NCBI GenBank assembly: GCA_036675565.1
Contig: JAKFER010000047.1
Coordinates: forward strand, 105,756-169,755
Direction of reading: 5' to 3'
Origin: Chitinophagaceae bacterium
GTDB taxonomy: Bacteria; Bacteroidota; Bacteroidia; Chitinophagales; Chitinophagaceae
Length of the DNA: 64,000 bases
The notes under the pieces are model-generated. The model saw only the letters and a list, made by a program, of their open reading frames with translations. It was not told the origin of the DNA and made no database searches. Made by a program: the position numbers and the translations under genes. Positions 19,021 through 29,177 of the stretch are shown in pieces; positions within the stretch are counted from its first letter, which is position 1, and the number at the start of each line of letters is the position of its first letter.

Positions 19021-20511
19021 TTAATAGCTTCCTTTGTAAAGATTATCAATCCGATTATTGATGGTTCTTTTTAATGGGATCTGTAAACCATTGGTTTCTT
19101 CAAGCCATTTAAATAAATCATTTTTTAATTCAATTCCTATTTGCCGGTAACTGGTATCGCGAATCAGGTTATTCATTTCAAAAGGATCATTTTGCAGATC
19201 AAACAATTCATTGATATCCCATACACCATTATAATAAATATACTTATACCTGTCTGATCGAACGGCAAAAGTGGTAGGCGTTTGCGGGAATGCAGATTCC
19301 CAATAATACTCATAAAAAACTTTATCTCTTTGCCATCCATTTGCATTTCCCTTTAACAGGTTTGAAAAAGAAAACCCCTGCATTTGTTTGGGTTTTGAAA
19401 TGCCAGCCAGTTCAAGAAAGGTTGGTGCTATATCAACATTCATCACTACTTTATCTACCACTGAATTGGGTTTTACCATCCCAGGTGCCCAGACAAGCAT
19501 TGGTACCCGCATGCTTTCTTCATAGGCATGGCGTTTATCAATCAAACCATGTTCGCCAAAAGAAAATCCATTATCGCCCATATAAACAACCATGGTGTTT
19601 TGTTCAAGACCTTCAGCCTTCACCCAATCCAATACTTTTTCAACACTTTCATCTACCGCCTGCAATGTTTCAAGATACAGGTGATAAAATTTGTCAAAGG
19701 GTATCTGGCCGTGATACATATAATCAACACCATGCCAGCTATACCGTTGCTTGCGAACCCAGGTGGGTATGTCGCTGTAATTTACTTTTGATTGCGGAGC
19801 GGTAGGTATACCGTAATATTTACTGCTATCCGTTGCCGTTAGATACATGCTGGGCGGTGTTACTATTGGTAAAGTTGCATACATTCCCTTATGTCTTTCT
19901 GCAGGTTCAAATTCAGCATGTACTCCTTTATGTGATAGATAAACAAAGAAGGGTTTATTCTTTTTCCTGTTATTCATCCATTCAATGGCATTCTTTGTCA
20001 GGAGGTCCGTAACATAACTGCCTTCAGCTTGCGGAACCACCTTTCCATTGATGTTGAAAACCGGGTTTAAATAAACACCCTGGCCGCGAAAACTTAACCA
20101 ATGATCAAATCCAGGTTGCGGCTGATCATCTGTATTGCCCATATGCCATTTACCAAAAAAAGCTGTTTGGTATCCTTTCTCCTGCATGTATTTTGGGAAA
20201 AAAATAAGATTGGTTGGCAGGGGGGCATCATTGTCAACCACTGTATGACTATGAGCATACTGGCCGGTTAAAATGGATGCACGACTAGGAGAACAAAGTG
20301 CTGTTGAAACAAATGCATTTTTAACATGTGCTCCTTCTTTGGCCATGCGGTCCATACCAGGTGTTTGTAATCCCTGTATTTTATTCATGAAACCCATGGC
20401 ATCATAACGGTGATCATCAGACAAAATAAAAATGATGTTCATTTGTTTTTGCTGTGCACACAACACACCGTTCAAGAACATGGCTATCGTTATAATTAAT
20501 AAATTTTTCAT
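19021..20511 (-). CDS. Cys-type sulfatase (S1 family)
   Basis: SDDHRYD metal site and the CSPSRASILTG formylglycine motif, plus a signal peptide from MKNLLIITIAMF (ATG at 20511). Confidence 0.85.
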   Translation of the reverse strand: MKNLLIITIAMFLNGVLCAQQKQMNIIFILSDDHRYDAMGFMNKIQGLQTPGMDRMAKEGAHVKNAFVSTALCSPSRASILTGQYAHSHTVVDNDAPLPTNLIFFPKYMQEKGYQTAFFGKWHMGNTDDQPQPGFDHWLSFRGQGVYLNPVFNINGKVVPQAEGSYVTDLLTKNAIEWMNNRKKNKPFFVYLSHKGVHAEFEPAERHKGMYATLPIVTPPSMYLTATDSSKYYGIPTAPQSKVNYSDIPTWVRKQRYSWHGVDYMYHGQIPFDKFYHLYLETLQAVDESVEKVLDWVKAEGLEQNTMVVYMGDNGFSFGEHGLIDKRHAYEESMRVPMLVWAPGMVKPNSVVDKVVMNVDIAPTFLELAGISKPKQMQGFSFSNLLKGNANGWQRDKVFYEYYWESAFPQTPTTFAVRSDRYKYIYYNGVWDINELFDLQNDPFEMNNLIRDTSYRQIGIELKNDLFKWLEETNGLQIPLKRTINNRIDNLYKGSY

Positions 20512-20568
20512 GTGCATGTATATAGCCTGGTGAATTGTCAATGCAATCTAAAAAATGATTCGTATTTA

Positions 20569-22545
20569 TTAATACTTATGCCTCACAAGCCTGATTAAAA
20601 AACCACCACCCGGCGCCATAATAATTTTTAGTTTTTTATTTTGCCTGATCGTTTGTTCTGTAATCGTATAATCGCTTCCGTATGAATGTGCATTTAATCC
20701 ATCACTACAGATGGTGGCAGCATAATTTTTATTTTCAATCATATCAAGTGTCAAAGTTATTTCTCTTGCAGTTTCATTATTCATGCCGGCAATAAACCAG
20801 TCGTTATCTTTTGTTCTTGCTGTGATAATATATTCTCCAATTTTTCCCTGCAGTATTTTTGTATCATCCCATATTGTTGGAATGGAGCCTAGTAAATCCA
20901 TAAAAGCAGGTTCTTTTATACCCTGGCTTGGATTACCGCTGAATATTTGCAGCGGACTATCATAAACAGCGAACATAGCCAATTGGTGACAACGTGTACC
21001 CATGCTCATGGGATTTTTTGCAATAGGTCTGAACTGGTCTTTTTGCGCATTCAACAATAATCCGGGTTCATAGTCTAATGGTCCTGAAAGCATACGGGTA
21101 TATGCAATGGCTACATTATGTTCAGGTGTGGCCAAATCACTCCAGATATTCCATTCTGCTCCTAACACACCTTCTTGTGTAACTGCATTGGGCCAGGTTC
21201 GGTTAAATCCTTTAGGTGGAAAAGCGCCATGAAACATTACAGTGATTTGATGATCTGCACATGCTTCTGCAATCCGGTGATAAAAATTAACCATCTTCTG
21301 ATCATCGCGATCCATAAAATCTGTCATAATGCTTTGCACACCCCATTTATTAAATTGTTTCAATGCGCTGTCCAATTGCCTGTCAAGCGTAGAACACAAT
21401 GTCCATAGCATGAGTCGTACATCATTCTTTTTTGCATAAGCGGCTAATGTGTCCATGTTAATATTTGGATTGATATCAAACAGGTCTTTATAATTGCTCC
21501 AGCCGGCATCAAGCATGATTTGATTAAATCCAAACTTCTTTGCAAAGTCTATATAAAATTTATAGGTGTCCGTATTGATCCCTGCAACAAAGGGCACATT
21601 GAATAAACTGATTCCATTGATCCATTCATCGGTTCCTTTGCCGGTTTTTATCCATGATGGATCTTTGATTTTTGAAGGGTCGCTTAATAAATAAACCAGG
21701 TCATTTTCCGGCAGATCAATATCATTTTTTGCAATCATTACTACCCGCCAGGGCAACATGCGTGTTCCTTTTATTTTGGCGATATAATTAGTTCTTTCTT
21801 CCACGATTAATTGTGGAAATTCGCCTTCTGTCATTTTTTCTTTTAAAGGATAAGGTGCAAATACCCCTGATAGCATCCCGTTGTTTTGTTTTAAAAACAT
21901 TCCCGGGTATTCATACAGGTTAGCATCCGTTATTCCAAGATGGTAACCATTTTTAAGGGACACCACAACAGGTGCATAGGTAATCAGTGTATCGGGTAAT
22001 GAGGAAAGGGCGATATTTTTATATTGGCCTTCGAAACTGGTATGAAAAATATCCCTGTCGATTTGTTTTTCAATATGTGCATACCAGATTTGCGGAGGTG
22101 CTTCAAAACTAAAATCAACTGTTTCATTTTTAACCAGGATAGAATCCCTGAACCCAGTTCCTATTCTATAGGCCATACCATTATTGAACAAACGAAATTC
22201 AATGCTGAATGGCTGTTTGAATGTTAGGGTCAGTTGATTAAAATGGTTATCTATAATCTTGCGCCTGTATGGAACAGGAACCGTTACTTTTTCTGATGTG
22301 TGACTGTATTTGTATTTTTTGACAGATAATTTATCAGTTAGTTTACGTCCATTATATAGTTCCAGGTCAATGCCGTTATTGGTTTGTAAAACATGTCCAT
22401 TTGCAGAGAGGATATAGGTCAGCTTTTCTTTTGCGTTAACCGATAATTTTAAAGTTGAATCGGGTGAATACAATATATAAGACTCCTGCGAAAAGCTACC
22501 GAAGTATATCAACAAACCAAAGCATGCAGCAAGCAAACTCTTCAT
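20569..22545 (-). CDS. Glycoside hydrolase family 97 (alpha-glucosidase/alpha-galactosidase family)
   Basis: SusB-like N-terminal beta-sandwich (SPDSTLKLSV...LTYIL), a central TIM barrel with MLDAGWS, and ~650 aa, typical of GH97. Confidence 0.75.
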   Translation of the reverse strand: MKSLLAACFGLLIYFGSFSQESYILYSPDSTLKLSVNAKEKLTYILSANGHVLQTNNGIDLELYNGRKLTDKLSVKKYKYSHTSEKVTVPVPYRRKIIDNHFNQLTLTFKQPFSIEFRLFNNGMAYRIGTGFRDSILVKNETVDFSFEAPPQIWYAHIEKQIDRDIFHTSFEGQYKNIALSSLPDTLITYAPVVVSLKNGYHLGITDANLYEYPGMFLKQNNGMLSGVFAPYPLKEKMTEGEFPQLIVEERTNYIAKIKGTRMLPWRVVMIAKNDIDLPENDLVYLLSDPSKIKDPSWIKTGKGTDEWINGISLFNVPFVAGINTDTYKFYIDFAKKFGFNQIMLDAGWSNYKDLFDINPNINMDTLAAYAKKNDVRLMLWTLCSTLDRQLDSALKQFNKWGVQSIMTDFMDRDDQKMVNFYHRIAEACADHQITVMFHGAFPPKGFNRTWPNAVTQEGVLGAEWNIWSDLATPEHNVAIAYTRMLSGPLDYEPGLLLNAQKDQFRPIAKNPMSMGTRCHQLAMFAVYDSPLQIFSGNPSQGIKEPAFMDLLGSIPTIWDDTKILQGKIGEYIITARTKDNDWFIAGMNNETAREITLTLDMIENKNYAATICSDGLNAHSYGSDYTITEQTIRQNKKLKIIMAPGGGFLIRLVRHKY

Positions 22546-22573
22546 GAAGCTGGTACTTTGAAAAAATTGTCTT

Positions 22574-24874
22574 CTATTTTACCCATTGGATCCTGGATTG
22601 TTTAACATCCTGTGAGTTGGTTCCGATCATGATCATAAATTCACCAGGCTCCCAATCATATATAAGATCGTAATTGTAAAATTTTAAATCTTCCGGGGTA
22701 ATATCAAAGCTTACCGTTTTTGTTTCACCTGCCTTCAATTCAATTTTTTGAAATCCTTTTAATTCTTTTACCGGCCTGGTTACGCTGCCAACAATGTCGC
22801 GGATGTATAATTGCACAACTTCTTTTCCATCCCTGTTTCCGCTATTGGTAACATCAACACTGGCTGTGAGGGTTTGATTGCCGGTTAGATTTGAGCTGCT
22901 TAGTTTCAATTCACCGTATGTGAATTTCGTATAACTCAATCCATAACCAAATGGATACAGCGGATCGTTTGAAACATCCAGGTAATTGCTGCGAAATTTT
23001 TGAAACCATTTGCCTTCAGGCAATGGACGGCCTGTGTTTTTATGTGCATAGTAAATGGGCACCTGTCCAACATTTTGCGGGAAAGTTGCTGTCAATTTAC
23101 CGGAAGGATTTACATCACCAAACAATACATCTGCAACCGCATAACCCGCTTCGCTTCCACCAAACCAAACATTTAAAATAGCGGGTACATTTTTTTGTTC
23201 CCAGCTTAGCGCTAATGGGCGACCAGTAAATAAAACCAGTACAACGGGTTTGCCTGTTTTTAAAAGTGCATCTAACAATCTTCGCTGTACTTCGGGCACT
23301 TCAATATTGGTACGGCTGCTGGCTTCACCACTCATCTCTGCTGCCTCACCACCTGCGAAAACAATAACATCAGACTGGTTTGCAATATTCAATGCTTCAT
23401 CCATTAATTCTTTTTCAGTGCGGTTATCCCTGTTTAATGTTTTTCCAAACATGGTGGAATGTTGTTCCAATACACTGTCTTCCGTAAGGTTTGAACCTTT
23501 GGCATATAATACTTTTGCATTGTTACCCAGCACTTCTTTCATACCGGTAATAACTGCGGTTGCTTTGGAAAAATTTGCGGCAACACTCCAGGTGCCCGGC
23601 ATATTTTCTTTGGCATCTGCCAATGGCCCGATGAGTGCAATGGTTCCGGATTTTTTTAATGGTAAAATATTTCCTTCATTCTTCAGCAACACAAAACTTT
23701 CTGCAGATATTTTCCTGGCTTCCTGCCTGTGTGCATTAGAAAAGACTTCATTTTTTGCACGTTCTTCACTTCCATAACGATACGGGTCTTCAAACAATCC
23801 TAATTTATATTTTGCTTCCAGGATGCGGCGGCAAGCAGTTTCAATTTGTTGCTGCGTAACTTTTCCTTCTGCTAAAGATTTTTTTAAAGTGGTTAATAAA
23901 CCTTCACCAACCATATCCATATCTACACCAGCATTCAATGCCATGGCCGAAGCAATTTGCAGATCGCCTACACCATGATCTATCATTTCATTGATGCCTG
24001 TATAATCCGTTACAACAAAGCCATCAAAGCCCCATTGGTTCCTTAATACTTCCGTCAGTAACCATTTATTACCTGTTGCGGGTATGCCATCCACTTCGTT
24101 AAAAGAAGCCATCACGCTGCCAACACCTGCATCTACTGCAGCCTTGTATGGTGGCATATAATCATTGAACATGCGCTGGCGGCTCATATCAACCGTATTA
24201 TAATCCCTGCCAGCTTCAGATGCACCATATAATGCGTAATGTTTTACGCATGCCATCAAAGTATTATTTTTTGAAAGATCATCCTGCTGGTAACCTCTAA
24301 CCATTGCTTTCGCAATTTGAGAACCGAGATACGGATCTTCTCCATTGCCTTCTGAAACCCTTCCCCAGCGTGGATCGCGGGAAATATCAACCATCGGAGA
24401 AAAAGTCCAGTTGATGCCATCGGCACTGGCTTCCTGTGCAGCTATCTGTGCACTGCGTTCAATCAGATTCATATCCCAGGTGCAACTTAAACCTAACGGT
24501 ATAGGAAATACGGTTTCGTAACCATGAATAACATCCATACCAAACAACAAAGGAATTTTTAAACGGCTTTGTTCAACAGCAACCTTTTGCACATCCCTGA
24601 TCTTGGCAATTGATTTGATATTAAATAAACCACCAACCTGGCCTGCTTTTATTTTTTCTGCAATGTTTGAACTGCTTGCCTGACCTGTTGTAATATCCCC
24701 GGCCCCAGGTAAATTCAATTGACCGATCTTTTCTTCCAACGTCATTTTCGCCATTAGATCCGTAATGAATTTATCCATGGGTGAAGAAGCAGCTGAAGTT
24801 TCTGTTTGCGTATTCTGGGGCGTACTGCATCCCAAGAAAATGACCGTTGCAATTGCCAGTAATATTCTTTGCAT
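22574..24874 (-). CDS. bglX: GH3 beta-glucosidase (BglX-like), lipoprotein
   Basis: GH3 N-domain (KHYALYG, GFDGFVVTDY nucleophile region), C-domain and a terminal FnIII-like domain. Lipobox LGCS. Confidence 0.9.
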   Translation of the reverse strand: MQRILLAIATVIFLGCSTPQNTQTETSAASSPMDKFITDLMAKMTLEEKIGQLNLPGAGDITTGQASSSNIAEKIKAGQVGGLFNIKSIAKIRDVQKVAVEQSRLKIPLLFGMDVIHGYETVFPIPLGLSCTWDMNLIERSAQIAAQEASADGINWTFSPMVDISRDPRWGRVSEGNGEDPYLGSQIAKAMVRGYQQDDLSKNNTLMACVKHYALYGASEAGRDYNTVDMSRQRMFNDYMPPYKAAVDAGVGSVMASFNEVDGIPATGNKWLLTEVLRNQWGFDGFVVTDYTGINEMIDHGVGDLQIASAMALNAGVDMDMVGEGLLTTLKKSLAEGKVTQQQIETACRRILEAKYKLGLFEDPYRYGSEERAKNEVFSNAHRQEARKISAESFVLLKNEGNILPLKKSGTIALIGPLADAKENMPGTWSVAANFSKATAVITGMKEVLGNNAKVLYAKGSNLTEDSVLEQHSTMFGKTLNRDNRTEKELMDEALNIANQSDVIVFAGGEAAEMSGEASSRTNIEVPEVQRRLLDALLKTGKPVVLVLFTGRPLALSWEQKNVPAILNVWFGGSEAGYAVADVLFGDVNPSGKLTATFPQNVGQVPIYYAHKNTGRPLPEGKWFQKFRSNYLDVSNDPLYPFGYGLSYTKFTYGELKLSSSNLTGNQTLTASVDVTNSGNRDGKEVVQLYIRDIVGSVTRPVKELKGFQKIELKAGETKTVSFDITPEDLKFYNYDLIYDWEPGEFMIMIGTNSQDVKQSRIQWVK

Positions 24875-24892
24875 GATAATTGATTTTCTATT

Positions 24893-25561
24893 TTAATTAT
24901 TTAAATAAGGCTCAAGAGCTTTTTTCCATATCGCGTATCCCTTAGCATTCATATGCAGGTTATCAGCCAGGAAAATATCTTTCATAGGTTTGCCATTTTC
25001 ATCCAGCATTTTTGAAAACACATCTACAAACACGATATTTTTTTGATGGCTTAATCTTTCTTTAATTAGTTTATTTGCTTTCTTCATGTCAGGCATTAAT
25101 GACAACCTGGAAATACTTGGTTTTATTGAAATGTACACAATAGGCACCAGTGGTAATTTATTTCGGATCAAATGAATCAATGTATCTATCCTGTTGGCTA
25201 CTTCATCAGGAGTTGCCGGTGGAGATGAAGCCAGGTCATTTTCGCCCACATAAATAACTATTTGTTTGGGGTTGTAAGGGAAAATGATGTCATCAGCATA
25301 ATGAATTACATGCGGTGTACTGGACCCGCCAAATCCCCTGTTAATAACCGTTATACCTGGGAAATCATTTTGTAAATCCTTCCACATCCTGATTGACGAA
25401 CTGCCTACAAATAAAACAGCATTTGATGCAGGCATCTGGCTACTATCAGCTTTTTTAAATTCGACGATCTCATTATAAAAAGGAGCATCCTGCGCCTGGG
25501 CAACAGGTGAAAGAATCAATAAAAGGTTAAAAATGCTTAAAACCAAAAAAACACGTTTCAT
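24893..25561 (-). CDS. SGNH/GDSL hydrolase (carbohydrate or acyl esterase)
   Basis: Block I FVGSSS, block III GEND and block V DNLH; signal peptide present. Confidence 0.75.
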   Translation of the reverse strand: MKRVFLVLSIFNLLLILSPVAQAQDAPFYNEIVEFKKADSSQMPASNAVLFVGSSSIRMWKDLQNDFPGITVINRGFGGSSTPHVIHYADDIIFPYNPKQIVIYVGENDLASSPPATPDEVANRIDTLIHLIRNKLPLVPIVYISIKPSISRLSLMPDMKKANKLIKERLSHQKNIVFVDVFSKMLDENGKPMKDIFLADNLHMNAKGYAIWKKALEPYLNN

Positions 25562-25612
25562 ATTTATTAAATTTTCAATTTACAGTACGACTTGTCAACT
25601 TAAGGTATCAAA

Positions 25613-26038
25613 TTATTTATAAATGGATTTGGATGAAAATAAGACATGATCCAGGCTGAACTTTCCACCACCATAAAAAAGGAAAATGATGGACAGTAAA
25701 ATAAAAAGAAATGGGTGCTGGTCTTCGTACCAAAACTTTCCATGACCAATAAAAAAAGTAATATAAATCATTACAAAAAGTAACAGCAGTGCGCCGATTC
25801 TTGTAAGAAAACCAATTGTCAGCATGATGCCGGCCAACAGTTCGATAATTTTTCCGATATAAACCATCAAAACAGGAGCAGGTAATTTTTGAAATACATC
25901 CCATCCAAAATAAACTTTCATTTTCTCATCATCAAAAACTTCGTAACCATGATAGATCATCAATAACCCAATGATGATTCTGACTATGGCCAGGACTCCT
26001 TCGATTTTGAATGGGGTGGATGAAAAAAATCTTTTCAT
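25613..26038 (-). CDS. DoxX family inner-membrane protein
   Basis: 141 aa with four hydrophobic segments; RIIIGLLMIYHG...GKFSLD is typical of DoxX. Confidence 0.75.
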   Translation of the reverse strand: MKRFFSSTPFKIEGVLAIVRIIIGLLMIYHGYEVFDDEKMKVYFGWDVFQKLPAPVLMVYIGKIIELLAGIMLTIGFLTRIGALLLLFVMIYITFFIGHGKFWYEDQHPFLFILLSIIFLFYGGGKFSLDHVLFSSKSIYK

Positions 26039-26059
26039 TGTTTTAAAGTTACATTGCTA

Positions 26060-27838
26060 CTATTTTATTTCCAGCACAGGATACCTTTTTGAAACCCCAT
26101 TTTCATTGATTGATTCAATGGTGAAATAATAAGTCTTTTGCGAATCCATTGTTTTCAGCCAATATTCATTATTACTATGAACCATAATGCTGGTATACAA
26201 TTTATCCGGGTTTGTGCCGTAATAAATATTGTAAGCAAAAGCATTATCCACAGGACTCCATTTTATGAACGCACTGCGCTTGTCTTTTTCTGTTCGTAAC
26301 ACAATGAATTGTTTTACGGAATCCGGTTTTTCACCATTGCCATTTCCAAAAACCCTGAACCCGCTTAATGCAAATTTGCCCGTTGGCATATGAATGTTCT
26401 CCAGTTTGATATAACGGGCTTGCACAGGTGTTGGCAATTCCACATAATCGTGCGGTACATCCGTTGTATTTTTAGATTTGTCATGCAGGATTTTCCATTT
26501 CTTTCCATCCAAGGAATGGTATAATTTATATTGATGATATTGATCTGTTCGTTTCCCTAGCCTGTCATCTGCAACATCCTGGTCTGCATAATTTATCTGT
26601 ACAGCATTGACCGTTGATATTTTTCCTAGGTCAGATTGAAAATATTCTCCTGCATTGGAACTGGATGCACTCCAGTATGTTTTCATTAATTCGTCTACTG
26701 CATGATTAGCATGATATCCACCCAATGTTGAAGAAACCTGGACAGGTTTATTATAATTCAGCAGCATCCAACCTGTAAAATAGGGCGACTTGCCATTTAC
26801 TTCATAACTGCTGTTAAATCCTGCAGCAGGAATATAATGCGGGTAATCACCAAAGGTGGTATTGCACCACATTTGGTCATCTTCATCAAAGCCAGTGGGC
26901 CAGATGCCCAATCGTCTTTCAAAAGTATTTTTTACCGACACCACCGTGGTGGAGACATGCCAATAGCGATTAAAATTATCCATAAATGTTGCACCATGAC
27001 CGGCACCTCTTACATAACCTCCCAGTTTAAAACTAAGCGGATCAGATTGAGCTGTAAAAGGACCAAGTGGATTATTGCCGACCAATAATCCATCTGCATA
27101 TCCACTGAACTCTGTACCAGGTGCGCCATATTGCAAATAATATTTGTTTTTGTATTTGGTCATATGTGATCCTTCAATAAAGGGATCAAGAAAAGTATTG
27201 TCCATATGTTCACCAAATCGTTGCCATCCAAAACGCCAGGGTTCAAGTAAATACATTTCCAGTCGGGTACCTATGGGTTGCATGGTTTTCCTGTTTAACT
27301 CAATGCCATACATCGGGTATTTATTGCTGCTGCCATTGTACATGTATAAACGGCCATCATCATCCGTAAAAAAAGATGGATCCCAGCCGCCAATCTCAAA
27401 TGAATCAACCAATGGCTTCCATTCATTATTTTTTGGATCTGTACTCATCCAGATGGAAAACTTAGATGTATAAGTTGAACCGAATACGATCATGGTATCG
27501 CCAATGATGCCCACACCGGGTGCACATAATTCATCATAAGTACCGGTATTCCATGGACGTAAAAATTTTTTGGAAACAAAATTCCATTTCAGCATATCAC
27601 TGCTCCACCAATATCCCCATTGGTTGGTGCTGAACAAATAATAATCACCTTTATAATTTACAATCACAGGATCGGCTGTAGCCCTGTGTCTTCCCCATTC
27701 ACTAAAATTTGGAATGGGCGTGTATCCATAGTCGATATTGATCGGGTTGCAATATGTTTTTTGTTGTGCAGATGTATTAAACCCAAAAACCAGCATCAGT
27801 AAAAAAAAGGAAAGAATATATTTTTGTGAATGCTTCAT
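26060..27838 (-). CDS. GH43-like five-bladed beta-propeller hydrolase with F5/8 type C (discoidin) and FN3-like domains
   Basis: ATADPVIVNYKGDYYLFST (catalytic Asp context), a discoidin-like YWSASSSNAGEYFQSDLG...QINYAD segment, and a C-terminal FN3-like module. Confidence 0.7.
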   Translation of the reverse strand: MKHSQKYILSFFLLMLVFGFNTSAQQKTYCNPINIDYGYTPIPNFSEWGRHRATADPVIVNYKGDYYLFSTNQWGYWWSSDMLKWNFVSKKFLRPWNTGTYDELCAPGVGIIGDTMIVFGSTYTSKFSIWMSTDPKNNEWKPLVDSFEIGGWDPSFFTDDDGRLYMYNGSSNKYPMYGIELNRKTMQPIGTRLEMYLLEPWRFGWQRFGEHMDNTFLDPFIEGSHMTKYKNKYYLQYGAPGTEFSGYADGLLVGNNPLGPFTAQSDPLSFKLGGYVRGAGHGATFMDNFNRYWHVSTTVVSVKNTFERRLGIWPTGFDEDDQMWCNTTFGDYPHYIPAAGFNSSYEVNGKSPYFTGWMLLNYNKPVQVSSTLGGYHANHAVDELMKTYWSASSSNAGEYFQSDLGKISTVNAVQINYADQDVADDRLGKRTDQYHQYKLYHSLDGKKWKILHDKSKNTTDVPHDYVELPTPVQARYIKLENIHMPTGKFALSGFRVFGNGNGEKPDSVKQFIVLRTEKDKRSAFIKWSPVDNAFAYNIYYGTNPDKLYTSIMVHSNNEYWLKTMDSQKTYYFTIESINENGVSKRYPVLEIK

Positions 27839-27962
27839 TATTTATTATTTGGATATTCTAAATCTATATTTCGAGCTTCACATAAATAGCCAGTTGGTCA
27901 GTTGCACAATTTAAAACTTATGTTCCTTTAGAAAAAAATAAACAACTGTTTATGGTAAACAT

Positions 27963-29123
27963 TTAAACCATAGGCCATTTGAATGTGGATTTTAATATTA
28001 TTTTTTTCCCTGTATCGGCTGATGCCCTTGTAGCTTCAATCACTTCCAATACATGTAATGCGTGATCTGCGGCTATACGGGGTTCCATGGCGCTAACCAT
28101 GGATTCTGCTATAACCGTTGCACCTTCCTGCCAGACATATGTGCCCGGATCCTTTACAAATCTTTCCGGCTTTTCATTTTCATGTGTTACCAGGTCTACT
28201 CCATTTGGCGCCCAGTCATATCCTATCAATCCCATATTGCCATGACTGCCCCAGATCTGTACGGTTGGTTTTTCCTGTCCTGTTCCTTCATGTCCATAGG
28301 GATCAAAATAATTAAAGCCGCACATCACATGAGATAAAATTCCATTGGCATGTTCCATAATAACCTGTGCATTATCTTCCGCTTCAACTTTTATGGTTCC
28401 TTTATTATCCACTGTTCTTTCAGGTGTAATGATGCTCGTCATAGCAACAACAGATTTTGCAGGCCCCAATAAACCGGTCAATGTTGCCAGGTTATAAACA
28501 CCAAGGTCGGGTAAACTTCCTCCACCTTTTTCATAAAAGAAAGCAGACCATAACGGTCCTGTGTGACCGTAATGTGCATGCGCTGCGGCGACCTTTCCCA
28601 ATTTACCTTCCTGTAATGTCTTTGACATAAAAGCAAATTGCGGACTGTTGACTACAGCAGGAGCTCCCCATATCCTTATTTTTTTGTTTTGGGCAAGATC
28701 AAAAAGTGCTTTCCCTTCGGCATAGGTGTTTGCCATTGGCTTTTCACTCCAGACATGAATACCAGACATTAAAGCCTGTTTATTCAGACGGCCATGTTCC
28801 TGCATGTCAGTAAGATTTACCAGGAGATCAAACTTTGGTCCTGCCAGCATTTTATCAATATGGGGGTAATGATTGGGAATATTGTATTCTTTTGCCCGAT
28901 GAGCAGCTCGCTCTGGTATAATATCGCAGGCACTTACTAATTCCACATAAGGTGATTTTGTAAGATGTGGAAGGTATTGGGTTGATACACTTCCACAACC
29001 AATGACACCAACTTTTATTTTCTTATTTTCTGATAAGGCCAGGGTTTCTAATGAAGAAAGCAACATGGCCGCACCAGCCAAAGTGGTACGCTGTAAAAAC
29101 TCCTGGCGAGATATCCTATTCAT
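27963..29123 (-). CDS. TAT-exported Gfo/Idh/MocA family NAD(P)-dependent oxidoreductase
   Basis: Twin-arginine leader SRQEFLQRTTLAGAA; Rossmann motif KVGVIGCGSVS; EKP motif (WSEKPMA). Confidence 0.85.
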   Translation of the reverse strand: MNRISRQEFLQRTTLAGAAMLLSSLETLALSENKKIKVGVIGCGSVSTQYLPHLTKSPYVELVSACDIIPERAAHRAKEYNIPNHYPHIDKMLAGPKFDLLVNLTDMQEHGRLNKQALMSGIHVWSEKPMANTYAEGKALFDLAQNKKIRIWGAPAVVNSPQFAFMSKTLQEGKLGKVAAAHAHYGHTGPLWSAFFYEKGGGSLPDLGVYNLATLTGLLGPAKSVVAMTSIITPERTVDNKGTIKVEAEDNAQVIMEHANGILSHVMCGFNYFDPYGHEGTGQEKPTVQIWGSHGNMGLIGYDWAPNGVDLVTHENEKPERFVKDPGTYVWQEGATVIAESMVSAMEPRIAADHALHVLEVIEATRASADTGKKIILKSTFKWPMV

Positions 29124-29177
29124 AAATACAAAATTTATTGATAAATACCTGTTGATCCTGGTGGAAGTTTGATTATC

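Noticed and set aside
25617-25904. 95-aa same-strand ORF in an alternative frame inside the DoxX gene
   Set aside because: The DoxX frame gives a coherent four-TM protein. The alternative frame product is Arg/Trp-rich nonsense.
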